The notes: generated by a model not told the origin, from the sequence alone. 64,000 nucleotides of DNA from Ferruginibacter sp. (GCA_031429575.1 JANOZW010000254.1:9640-73639), one strand, 5' to 3'. Counted from the first letter of the stretch, positions 36,170-45,200 are shown. Translations and numbers: made by a program.

Positions 36170-37909
36170 TTATAAATTATACCAATATTCTACTTTTTTA
36201 AATACAAATTCTTCATCCCATCTGTTATGTTTTAAAATTAATGAGTGAATAAGTAGAAGCCCAATTATACTAAAATATTTTTTTGAGGGATTCCATTCTT
36301 TTTCTGTTGGAGGAAATTCGCTTTTTAAAAACTGATAACATTGTTTACAAAATAAAGCTAAAAACCTATTTTGGGGTTCATGTAATTTACCTGTTGTAAT
36401 AAGTTTGAAAGAACCATTAGTTTTATTAAAATCTACATGTGATTCATAAAAATCTATTTCAAATTCAAAAGAGTGCTTTTCGTAATATTCTAAAAGAGCC
36501 TGCTCTACTAATTCAAAAGAAAGTCTTTCTTGTAAACTGTGTGAATTATCATCATGTTCTATTTTAAAATTTATTTCAGAAATTTTTTTCTTTGATTTCA
36601 AAAGTTCAATAATTTTTTTCCAAGATTGGTAATCGGTATTATTTTCAATTTCTTTGTTAAATAACAATTCGAATTGGTGACCAATTTGAACCCGTTTCTT
36701 CTGCAAACAAGAAAATATATAAAGAAGATATAGCACAGCATTATTAATCTCATAACGGTCTGTGATATTACAAACATCTTTTAAGTCATGATTATTATAA
36801 TCAATATTGCCAATATCGATAAATTCTTTATCAAAATACTTGTTTAATTTATCTAAATCTATTTCAAAGTCTTTAGGACTAAGATTTGAATCTTCAATTA
36901 TTAGTTTTTTTCTTTTTATTGCATTTCGAATGTGCGACCTTATGCTACTTAAATCAATATCAATATCAAATTCTTCATCATTTTTATTATGAAATTTTAC
37001 ATTAGCAAAATCCAATATCCTTGCTATAACTTCTATTTCTAGGTCAGTAGTTTTTTTATTGTCAAATTTAAAAGCGTTTACTCCCTTAAAAAAACTATGT
37101 AAGACGTTGCATAACCTGTGTCGAAATTGATTTGGCAATTGATTTTCATCATATACATTGGGAAACGAAAGAAGTTGCTTTTCCCAATTTTTTCTTGCCC
37201 CATTATTATAGTATTCAATTGTAGAGTCGTTAATATTTGACAATAATGAATCGTCATTTATTTTAATAGATTCTGTATTATAATGAAAAACAATTTGCTC
37301 GAGTATTGGCTTTTCAGTTTTACTATAAGAATAATCACACTCTGAAATCTTTAGTATTCGATGCAATTTTTTTACTTCGTTAGGGAATTCCTTAATTATT
37401 TTTCTTTGCTCAGGCCTATCATAAAATTCTACATCTCTCACATAAATTTGCTCAATTTTTGCGATAAGAAAAAGTATAAAATCCTTATAGTTTTCTAAAC
37501 CACAAATCTGAATAAAATCGCATATCTTCTTGAGCCTCTCCTTTGGAATTACTAACTTAAAAATATCTATTTCCAAATCATCAAGTTCTCGCATTCCAAC
37601 TTTAAAAATCGGAGTGAAAAATTCATTTAAAAAAACATTATATAAATTTCTTCGAGACAATTGTTCATCACTTGCGGGTATATCTGTTTTAAAAAGTTTA
37701 AATTCTTCAAGCTCAAACTTTGGTAAATCTGTTCTCATATCTTCCACAGGAAACTTTTCATAAACAACTTCTGAAAAAAAGCCATCAGGCTTTTTAAAAT
37801 GAAACACGTATGTCCATCTAGATTTATTTAACTCGATAAAAAAATCTTCTTTTATTTTAGGGAAAATGATATCTCCTTTTTCATCCCTTTTATATTTCTT
37901 CGATTCCAT
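36170..37909 (-). CDS. Hypothetical 579-aa low-GC protein
   Basis: Long ORF with no recognisable motif; spot GC counts 13/60, 21/60, 13/60 versus 26/60 in the neighbouring rSAM gene. Confidence 0.7.
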   Translation of the reverse strand: MESKKYKRDEKGDIIFPKIKEDFFIELNKSRWTYVFHFKKPDGFFSEVVYEKFPVEDMRTDLPKFELEEFKLFKTDIPASDEQLSRRNLYNVFLNEFFTPIFKVGMRELDDLEIDIFKLVIPKERLKKICDFIQICGLENYKDFILFLIAKIEQIYVRDVEFYDRPEQRKIIKEFPNEVKKLHRILKISECDYSYSKTEKPILEQIVFHYNTESIKINDDSLLSNINDSTIEYYNNGARKNWEKQLLSFPNVYDENQLPNQFRHRLCNVLHSFFKGVNAFKFDNKKTTDLEIEVIARILDFANVKFHNKNDEEFDIDIDLSSIRSHIRNAIKRKKLIIEDSNLSPKDFEIDLDKLNKYFDKEFIDIGNIDYNNHDLKDVCNITDRYEINNAVLYLLYIFSCLQKKRVQIGHQFELLFNKEIENNTDYQSWKKIIELLKSKKKISEINFKIEHDDNSHSLQERLSFELVEQALLEYYEKHSFEFEIDFYESHVDFNKTNGSFKLITTGKLHEPQNRFLALFCKQCYQFLKSEFPPTEKEWNPSKKYFSIIGLLLIHSLILKHNRWDEEFVFKKVEYWYNL

Positions 37910-37972
37910 TTTAATTTATTTTTCGCCAAGTACAATTTAAGTATTTCTTGTAATCCTGATACTTTAAATTTT

Positions 37973-39073
37973 TCAAAACAACTTCCCCTGCCCACCAGGC
38001 ACTCTAAAAATACTCGTATCCAAACTCCACTCTTCGGCATTCATATTATAGAGCAAACCATATTTTTTATATTGCTGTGCCACCATTTGTGCAATATTGC
38101 CTTCGCCACGCATGCGCACGCCCCAGCGGGTATCGTTTACTATTCCATCGTGGCTTTGCTCTATAAGGTGCCACACTTTATCTGCATGGTTCGGAAAATT
38201 TTTGTACAACCAATCATGAAACAAAAATTTTATAGCACCATTCAATCGTACAAAAGTATAAGCCGTAAACGTTGCACCATGGTCTGCCGCAGCTTTCATA
38301 ATGCGTTGCATTTCGTGTTCGTTAAGGCCCGGTATCATTGGCCCCATCATAATGCCCATACGCACGCCAGCTTTGCTTAGTTCTTCTATTACTTTTAGTT
38401 TTTGTTTTGCAGTGGTAGTGCGTGGCTCCATAATGCGGCGCAGGTCTTCGTTAAAAGATGTAATAGACACCATCGCCGATACAATTTTTTTCTTCGCCAT
38501 TTCTTGCAACACATCTTTGTCTTTTAGTATCCACGAGTTTTTGGTAAGTATGCCCACGGGTTGGTTAAATTCGTTGCACACTTCTAGCAATCCACGTGTG
38601 AGACGGTACTGCTGCTCCGCAGGTTGATAACAATCTGTATTACCGCTTAGCATTATGGGTGCACATTCCCATTTAGGGTGCATCAAAAATTTGCGAAGCA
38701 ATTGCGGTGCATTTTTCTTTATCAAAATCTTTTGTTCAAAATCTATACCTGCGCTGTAACCCCAGTATTCATGCACATTGCGTGCGTAGCAATATATGCA
38801 CCCATGCTCGCAACCTGCATACGGGTTCATGCTATAGCCCATGCCCACATCTTTACTTTCTACTTTATTCACAATCGTTTTCGATTGCATTTCTATGTAT
38901 TGTGTTTTTATATTCGATGCTTCCCAATCGTCAATGGCTTCTACATTTTCCTGCGTTATCTCATCTTTTAAGAATCGATTTTTTGTATTTATTTGTGCGC
39001 CACGTCCGTGATGGTATTGCACTTTTTGTGCTTGCTCGGTGGCTTTTACTTTATGGTGGTCTTGTTGTAGCAT
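37973..39073 (-). CDS. PA0069-family / spore-photoproduct-lyase-like radical SAM protein
   Basis: SMNPYAGCEHGCIYCYAR, SGNTDCYQP, EPRT, PMIPGLN; ends GGQGKLF. Confidence 0.88.
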   Translation of the reverse strand: MLQQDHHKVKATEQAQKVQYHHGRGAQINTKNRFLKDEITQENVEAIDDWEASNIKTQYIEMQSKTIVNKVESKDVGMGYSMNPYAGCEHGCIYCYARNVHEYWGYSAGIDFEQKILIKKNAPQLLRKFLMHPKWECAPIMLSGNTDCYQPAEQQYRLTRGLLEVCNEFNQPVGILTKNSWILKDKDVLQEMAKKKIVSAMVSITSFNEDLRRIMEPRTTTAKQKLKVIEELSKAGVRMGIMMGPMIPGLNEHEMQRIMKAAADHGATFTAYTFVRLNGAIKFLFHDWLYKNFPNHADKVWHLIEQSHDGIVNDTRWGVRMRGEGNIAQMVAQQYKKYGLLYNMNAEEWSLDTSIFRVPGGQGKLF

Positions 39074-39082
39074 GTTTATATT

Positions 39083-39409
39083 CCATGGATTGCATCCATG
39101 GTTACTAAAGGGGAACCCCGTTGGGGTTTGTTGTGAAAAAATTTTGTTTTTATTTTATCATTTTTTTGTTTGGGGCTGTGAGCAGAAAACCTTTCTTGAA
39201 CATTTGTCCGGGCTATCCGCTGTACCTTCGCTACGCTTCGGTGCCGCTTCTATCCCGCAGCTCTTCATCGGTATATCTTTTTTCAACTTTTATTATGCAA
39301 TAGATTACGTTTTGCACAATGTTCAACCCCGTTGGGGTTGTGTGTTACGATTGTGTTTCCTATCCATAGGTTGCACCCATGGTTACTCAAATTGAACCCC
39401 GTTGGGGTT
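39083..39409. repeat. REP mosaic: three AACCCC-GTT-GGGGTT hairpins and two CCATxGxTTGCAxCCATGG modules
   Basis: Hairpins at 39114-39128, 39325-39339, 39395-39409; modules begin at 39083 and 39364. Confidence 0.85.
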
Positions 39410-39477
39410 CGTCACAATCACAACTAATTCTTCGCAGTAATCTTCTAGTCGGTCTCCTAATCGGTCTTCGAGTTTCT

Positions 39478-39511
39478 CCCTCTCTACGAAGTGGAGAGGG
39501 TAAGGGTGAGG
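39478..39511 (+). repeat. REP CCCTCTC...GAGAGGG-GGGTGAGG
   Basis: CCCTCTC TACGAAGTG GAGAGGG TAAGGGTGAGG. Confidence 0.75.
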
Positions 39512-39514
39512 TGT

Positions 39515-40168
39515 TCAAAACAACGCCCCCTGCGCCACACCCACATCCAAGTTCTCAAATGCAAACCTTGCTGCTATTTCATATTTCATTTCGCCTACAG
39601 GTCGCTTTAGCAACAACATTGCATCAGCAATAAATCTTCCTGTAAAATGTCGGTGACTATATTCCAACCAGCCTTTTTCATATTGCCATGGTTGTAGTTT
39701 TCTTGCAATGGTAATGTAGGGCTCTAGCATAAAATGTGGCTTATGGTCATCATCAAACTTCATTAGCTTTTGCGCTTCGGTTCGTATTTGTTTTACCAAA
39801 CTTTGTATGGGTACTTTACTCACTACATTTATATATATGGTATGCGCAGGGAAACTTCCATAATCCCGCATTTCTATTTTTACAGGTTTAAAGCCCATAG
39901 CAATCATACGCAGTCGATGTATGATTCTCTTTTCTGCTATTTCGTATTGCCTAAAACTGACTAGCGTTACGTGCGGCTTGCTAAACAATGCCACAGATGA
40001 TTTGTAAGTATCATAAAATTCTTTTTTAATACCCATTATTTTATTACGTAAATCTTCGTGCGGATTAAGCACCAACAAATACTCGTAGGCTTTGTAGCCA
40101 GGCATCAGAGCCTCACCCTCGTTCCCTCTCCGCAAGAGAGGGAGGCCCAACATTTGTTTGTTTTTCAT
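39515..40168 (-). CDS. 2H phosphoesterase / 2'-5' RNA ligase family protein
   Basis: PHVTLV first 2H motif, second motif degenerate (PYITIAR); ends VAQGALF; alternative start ATG 40105. Confidence 0.75.
   Translation of the reverse strand: MKNKQMLGLPLLRRGNEGEALMPGYKAYEYLLVLNPHEDLRNKIMGIKKEFYDTYKSSVALFSKPHVTLVSFRQYEIAEKRIIHRLRMIAMGFKPVKIEMRDYGSFPAHTIYINVVSKVPIQSLVKQIRTEAQKLMKFDDDHKPHFMLEPYITIARKLQPWQYEKGWLEYSHRHFTGRFIADAMLLLKRPVGEMKYEIAARFAFENLDVGVAQGALF
40110..40146 (-). repeat. REP of the same family, inside the putative N-terminus of the 2H gene
   Basis: Minus strand GCCTCCCTCTC-TTGCG-GAGAGGG-AACGAGGGTGAGGC. Confidence 0.75.
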
Positions 40169-40274
40169 CTTTAGTAATTAAGCATTTCAACAGTTGTTTC
40201 TTTATTCAACAGTAAAAACAAGCGCAAAATGTTTGAGATAAAATTTGTTTAGTAATTATTTTAGCATAAATTTA

Positions 40275-40287
40275 CTAAATATTTTAG
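40275..40287. promoter_or_regulatory. CTAA-N5-TTAG palindrome (candidate Bacteroidota SOS/LexA-like box); second 1-mismatch site at 40252-40264
   Basis: CTAA ATATT TTAG (extends to TACTAAA..TTTAGTA); GTAA TTATT TTAG; lies in the divergent umuD/2H promoter region. Confidence 0.7.
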
Positions 40288-40306
40288 TACAACAAAACTT
40301 TTTTTT

Positions 40307-40738
40307 ATGGAAGTGGAAAACTTTTTTGGTAGCAGCTACACCGGTAGCAAGCGTTATACGCAGCATAATGTAGTAACAGCAAACGCCACAGGCTTTGGCG
40401 CAGCGGCCGATGATTATGCCGAACGAGGCATAGATCTCAATGAACAATTGATAAAAAACAAACCAGCCACTTTTTTTATGAAAGTGAGCGGCAGTAGCAT
40501 GATAAACGCAGGCATTTTTAATGGCGATGTGGTTATTGTAGATAAAAGCATAAAAGCCACTAACGGCAAAACAGTAATAGCCGTGGTAGATGGCGAAATG
40601 CTGATACGCCGCTACGAGCAATCGTTTAATAAACTTTTTTTAGCCGCCGAATCGCCTAGGGTTGCAAAAATAGAAATAAACGAAATGACCGATTTTAAAG
40701 TGTGGGGCGTGGTTACTTGTATTTTGAGGATGTTGTAG
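40307..40738 (+). CDS. umuD: UmuD-like S24 peptidase-domain protein
   Basis: ATGFGAAADDY...IDLNEQLIKNKPATFFMKVSGSSMINAGIFNGDVVIVDKS; VWGVVT. Confidence 0.8.
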   Translation: MEVENFFGSSYTGSKRYTQHNVVTANATGFGAAADDYAERGIDLNEQLIKNKPATFFMKVSGSSMINAGIFNGDVVIVDKSIKATNGKTVIAVVDGEMLIRRYEQSFNKLFLAAESPRVAKIEINEMTDFKVWGVVTCILRML

Positions 40739-40760
40739 AAGTACTCTATTTATAAAAAAA

Positions 40761-40857
40761 GTAGCCAAACCCTGACGACGGGTTTATCCCCCGTCAGCGG
40801 TTTAAACAGAGATTTCCTTCTTAACCGCCAACGGGGCGTAAAGCCACCGATGGGGTT
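40761..40857 (+). repeat. GTAG-footed double-hairpin repeat, left of RAYT
   Basis: GTAGCCAAACCCTGACGACGGG-TTTAT-CCCCCGTCAGCGGTTTAAA...CCAACGGGGC..GCCACCGATGGGGTT. Confidence 0.85.
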
Positions 40858-40914
40858 GTGCAAATGTTTCATTAATTTTAAAACCCTTTTAATTTGTATT
40901 TTAAACAAACCAAA

Positions 40915-41511
40915 ATGGAAATAAAACCACTAATAGAAGGTAAATATTTTCATATTTACAACCGTGGAGTAAACGGAGAAAATATTTTTAAAGAAGAAGC
41001 CAATTACTATTATTTTTTACAACAATATAAAAAATATTGTGCTGATGTTTTTGAAACATATTCTTATGCGCTACTAAAAAATCATTTTCATTTATTTGTT
41101 TATGTAAAAGAGGGCGCAATTGTAAAAAGAGACGACGGTAAAGGAGAGATAAAATTAAACGCATCAAAACAACTATCTCATTTGTTTAATTCTTACGCAC
41201 AAGCTATAAATAAATTTTTTAATAGAACAGGTTCTTTATTTTAATCTCCATTTGAAAGAAAAATGGTAGATAATGATAATTATTTTACTTCGATGATTTA
41301 TTACTGTCATTACAACGCACAACTGCACCAAATGTTAGAAAGAAGTTTTAAAGATTGCCCTTTCTCATCTTATTATTCAATAATAGAAAATGATAATAAT
41401 ATTGTTGCTGCAGATAAAGTATTAGATTGGTTTGGTGGTAAAGATGCTTTTGTAAAACAACACGAGGAAAGATATGAAAATAAAAAAATTGTAAGTTTTG
41501 GAATAGAGTAA
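40915..41511 (+). pseudogene. REP-associated tyrosine transposase (RAYT, Y1 HUH) with an in-frame TAA at 41242-41244
   Basis: YFHIYNRG, YALLKNHFHL (HUH), NRTGSLF*SPFERK...YYCHYNA...CPFSSY; the two track ORFs (40894, 41263) share one frame. Confidence 0.85.
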
Positions 41512-41534
41512 ACATTCCTCGTTTTTAAAAAAGA

Positions 41535-41633
41535 GTAGCCAAAACCCTGACGGCGGGTTTATCCCCCGTCAGCGGTTTAAATGCAGACTTCCTATTTAAT
41601 CGCCAACCGGGTTAAATAGCCGCTGTTGGGGTT
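41535..41633 (+). repeat. GTAG-footed double-hairpin repeat, right of RAYT (direct repeat of 40761-40857)
   Basis: GTAGCCAAAACCCTGACGGCGGG-TTTAT-CCCCCGTCAGCGGTTTAAA...CCAACCGGGT..GCCGCTGTTGGGGTT. Confidence 0.85.
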
Positions 41634-41807
41634 CACCATCTCTTTAATAATTTGGAAAGTATTTACAAAAGGTATTATGAGGATAATTAACCCCTCAACA
41701 ATCTTAATAGAAATTTCTAATGTAGCGAAAACTTATCCAATAAGAAATGTACATTCATTAAAAAAGCAATCATTAACGATTGCTTTTTTAATGAATACGT
41801 TATGGCA

Positions 41808-42134
41808 TTATTTATTTCCTTTAAAACGCTTATCCGGCGTACCATCTTTTTTTAATGGAACATTGGTTGCAGTAGCTTTATAACGCTTATCAGGCGTACC
41901 ATCCGCTTTTAATTTTACTCCACCAGTAGTTGCAGCAGGAGCAGTTGTAACAGGTTTTGCAGCTGCAGGTGTTTTTGTTGTACTAGCAGCTGCTGCTGTG
42001 GTTTTTGTATTAGCTGCCGGTTTAGCTGCTACTTCTTTACCTGGCTTAGCTGGAGCTACGGCTGTTTTTGTTTGTGCAGATGCAATACCTGCAAAGCCTA
42101 ATACAAACGCAAAGGCTACGAATAATTTTTTCAT
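41808..42134 (-). CDS. Small secreted Ala/Lys/Thr/Pro-rich protein with a duplicated KxDGTPDKR[YF]K motif
   Basis: Signal peptide MKKLF...ASA-Q; LKADGTPDKRYK and LKKDGTPDKRFK. Confidence 0.8.
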   Translation of the reverse strand: MKKLFVAFAFVLGFAGIASAQTKTAVAPAKPGKEVAAKPAANTKTTAAAASTTKTPAAAKPVTTAPAATTGGVKLKADGTPDKRYKATATNVPLKKDGTPDKRFKGNK

Positions 42135-42355
42135 AATGTAGTTTTAAATAAATAATTTAATAATGTAAAGAAACATAATATGTTGTTAAGTAGATGCAAA
42201 AAAAATTGCATCGTCATAGAAAAGTAAAAATATAAATTTTTAGTATAGCAAAAAATACTTGGGTAAAATTAAAAGCAATTTAAAAAAATGTTTTACGTTT
42301 ACAACACAACCCCTTTATTAAACTAATCTTATTGGTCATTTTAATCATCTCCCCC

Positions 42356-43063
42356 ATGTTAACAAATCTTAAAAATTTCTTACTTGTATTATTTTTTCTT
42401 TCTTCCATAAAAATGGCAAATGGCCAAGTGAGGCAAGTGCTAGAAGCCATCAAGCCAGCTAAAGCTTTTGAAGGCACGCCAATATTAAAAAAGAAATCAC
42501 AAGTGCTGCAAGTAGGTATTGGTGCTCCAAATAATATCGCATCATTTATTAATGCGCCAGCTGCTACTATCAATGCCATTGGTGGCATTTTAGGCGGGCT
42601 TGGTTTAGGTACAGGCACACAATCATCTTCTACAACTACAAATAAAGTAGGTCCATTTTATTTAGACTATGAATATTTAATACAAGAAAACCTTGGGCTT
42701 GGTATCGGCTTTTCTTATGCAAGTGCTACACAAGTTGGTACAATACCTTTACTTGTTCCTACAACTACTACAGCAAAAGTTTCCGCAGCATCGGTTTTAT
42801 TTTCTACCGTGTACCATTTTTACATAACCGACAAATTAGACCCATACAGCAAAGTGTCTATTGGTGCTACATTGTGGAAGGGTAGTTATAAAAATGAAAA
42901 TGGTTCAGACGCTGGTACTTTACCATTGCCAACTCCTATTGCTTATAGAGCACTTGTTGGTCTTCGTTATTTTGTCAGTCCAAATATTGCACCTTATGGC
43001 GAAGCAAGTTATAGCAATTTAAAATTTTCTGCCAACATAGGTGTAGCTTTTAAACTTCAATAA
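42356..43063 (+). CDS. Outer-membrane beta-barrel protein
   Basis: Signal peptide, alternating beta strands, C-terminal ANIGVAFKLQ. Confidence 0.75.
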   Translation: MLTNLKNFLLVLFFLSSIKMANGQVRQVLEAIKPAKAFEGTPILKKKSQVLQVGIGAPNNIASFINAPAATINAIGGILGGLGLGTGTQSSSTTTNKVGPFYLDYEYLIQENLGLGIGFSYASATQVGTIPLLVPTTTTAKVSAASVLFSTVYHFYITDKLDPYSKVSIGATLWKGSYKNENGSDAGTLPLPTPIAYRALVGLRYFVSPNIAPYGEASYSNLKFSANIGVAFKLQ

Positions 43064-43083
43064 TAATTTGAAAAAAGGTTTTA

Positions 43084-44096
43084 CTAAAATTTATAAACCA
43101 CGCCTGGTATTATTCTTCCATTTGCATAATCAAATGAATAAGATAAGGTGCCTTTGTGTTTAGAAACTTTATTATCGATAACTTTTCTATTATGTTTTAC
43201 AACTTGCTTGGCACATAAATATCCCAATGCAATGGCTAAAGGATAATCACCTGCCCAATGCACTTTATTATTCATCATAGAAAAACCAACAAGCCCTGTA
43301 ATAGAATAACCTACTGGCTTTATCCATTTTTTTCAGGATAATTTTCTGTAAAAATTGTAACCGTACTCATTAAAGTAGCTAAGTGACCAGATGGGAAAGC
43401 ATCGTAGTTAGGCGTATTGGTTTGATAATTTTTAAATGATGGGAAGAAATGCCAAGCTCCACCACGCTGCGTTGCAGCAACCGGGGTTTGCCTGCCTGTA
43501 ATTCTTTTTATAAATTGTGTACCCACTCCCATTACAATAAATGATTCTGCCAATTGATTGGCCGTACTTAGTGCCCTATAATCTTTGTGTATTTTGCCAT
43601 AAGTAAAAAGACCTGCTCCAATTAATAAACTAGGAAACCCCTGCCCCAATTGATATAATGCTGTGTTTATGTTTTTAGGAGCTTTGAATAAACTTATATC
43701 TGTTTTACCCATTTTTATATTTAGAATGTCTTTATAATTTTCATCAGCATTTAAATGAATATTGTTTGAAAATTTTTCAACTCCGTCAATCATTGGCTGG
43801 TCTAGCAAAACTAAAAGCGCCGTAGATGCTGCCACCAACAAAACAGGTTTTACAGCATTTTTTTTAAAAGGAGCTTTAGCAATGCCCACAAAATCTTTTG
43901 GCAAATTGGTTAGAAAACTAAATGACTTTGGTTTTGTGTAAATAAATATTTTACCATTACCTATATGATAGCTTTGTTCATTCGGTAAAACTATTTTCTT
44001 TTGTAGAATAGTTGAATCGCTAGATGTAGTTTGGCAAAAACTCATTAATGGATAACCAACGCAAATAAAAATACAAAGGAGATTCTTACATTTCAT
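43084..44096 (-). pseudogene. PAP2-family phosphatase split by a -1 frameshift in an A7 run (43327-43333)
   Basis: KRITGRQTP and FPSGH in the first ORF; one extra A gives ENYPEKKWIKPVGYSITGLVGFSMMNNKVHWAGDY and joins the 43084-43278 ORF. Confidence 0.8.
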
Positions 44097-44104
44097 GTGC
44101 TACA

Positions 44105-44890
44105 TTATTTTCTGAAATTATACACAAATGCTACTCCACCATTACCAGCTTGGTAGTAAGGCATAATCAATGCATTCATTGGTTTATTTTTAAAAAACTT
44201 CTTTTTTATAGATGGATAAATCCAGTAAGCCAATTTGGTAGAAAGAATACCAAAGCCCGCACCGGCTACAACATCACTTACCCAATGCTTATTATTGTAC
44301 ACCCTTAACGAACCTACTGTAGCAGCTACGGCATATCCCACTATGCCATACCACGGTGATACATCTTTATATTCTTGTCTTAAAAACTCTGCACTCGCAA
44401 ATGCAGTAGTTGTATGGCCCGAAGGAAAAGAGTTATCACAAGATCCATCAGGTCTTGCAGATTTGGTAGTATATTTTAGTGGTTTTACAAACCCTGTAGA
44501 AATAATGGTAGTCAATGTATATAGCGTTGTTCTATCTTTTAAGTTATTTTTTCCTTTTACCCCGCACAAATTAAGCGCATACACAGAGATAGCTGGGGCA
44601 AATTGTAAGTAGTTATCTATTGTTGTTTTAAAGCCTACATGGTTTGTAATAATAGTAGCCTTAGTACTTTTATCCAATTGTTTTAACTCATTGCTACCTT
44701 GTGCTATAAACCCATATGTAATTAAACCTACAGGAATGATTAACGCTTTTAACGTAGTTTTTGTATCGTAGTTTTTGGAAATAGCTTTATTTACAGGTGC
44801 TTGTACGTAGATAGACGTATCTACTACCATTTGCTGGGCATTGCAAAATAGTATGCCAAATGTAGCAATACAAACGAAAAGTGTCTTCAT
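44105..44890 (-). CDS. PAP2-family phosphatase
   Basis: KYTTKSARPDGS, SFPSGHT, LRVYNNKHWVSDV. Confidence 0.88.
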   Translation of the reverse strand: MKTLFVCIATFGILFCNAQQMVVDTSIYVQAPVNKAISKNYDTKTTLKALIIPVGLITYGFIAQGSNELKQLDKSTKATIITNHVGFKTTIDNYLQFAPAISVYALNLCGVKGKNNLKDRTTLYTLTTIISTGFVKPLKYTTKSARPDGSCDNSFPSGHTTTAFASAEFLRQEYKDVSPWYGIVGYAVAATVGSLRVYNNKHWVSDVVAGAGFGILSTKLAYWIYPSIKKKFFKNKPMNALIMPYYQAGNGGVAFVYNFRK

Positions 44891-45200
44891 TAATTAAAAT
44901 TCTGGTGTCGCAAATATAGCAAAATCATCTTCTATAATGATTTTAATAACATTTTGTTTTCGTAACCAAATGCTTATCAGCATTGCTGTTTAAACGTTAA
45001 GTAAGTTTAACATTTTTTGGCAATTCTTTTGCAAATGGTATGGTTACATTACATATTCTCATTTTGACTAATTCTACGTTGCAGCATTAATAAAACATTA
45101 TTTTATGAAGTCGCATTTATACTTGTCGATTTTATTATAAAATGTAAGTTTCTATTATTAATGTTGTATAATAATCTACATAAACATTAAAATGTAACGT

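Noticed and set aside
39114-39409. Possible CRISPR array (three identical 15-mers)
   Set aside because: Repeats too short, spacing irregular (211 and 70 bp), no cas genes; fits REP hairpins
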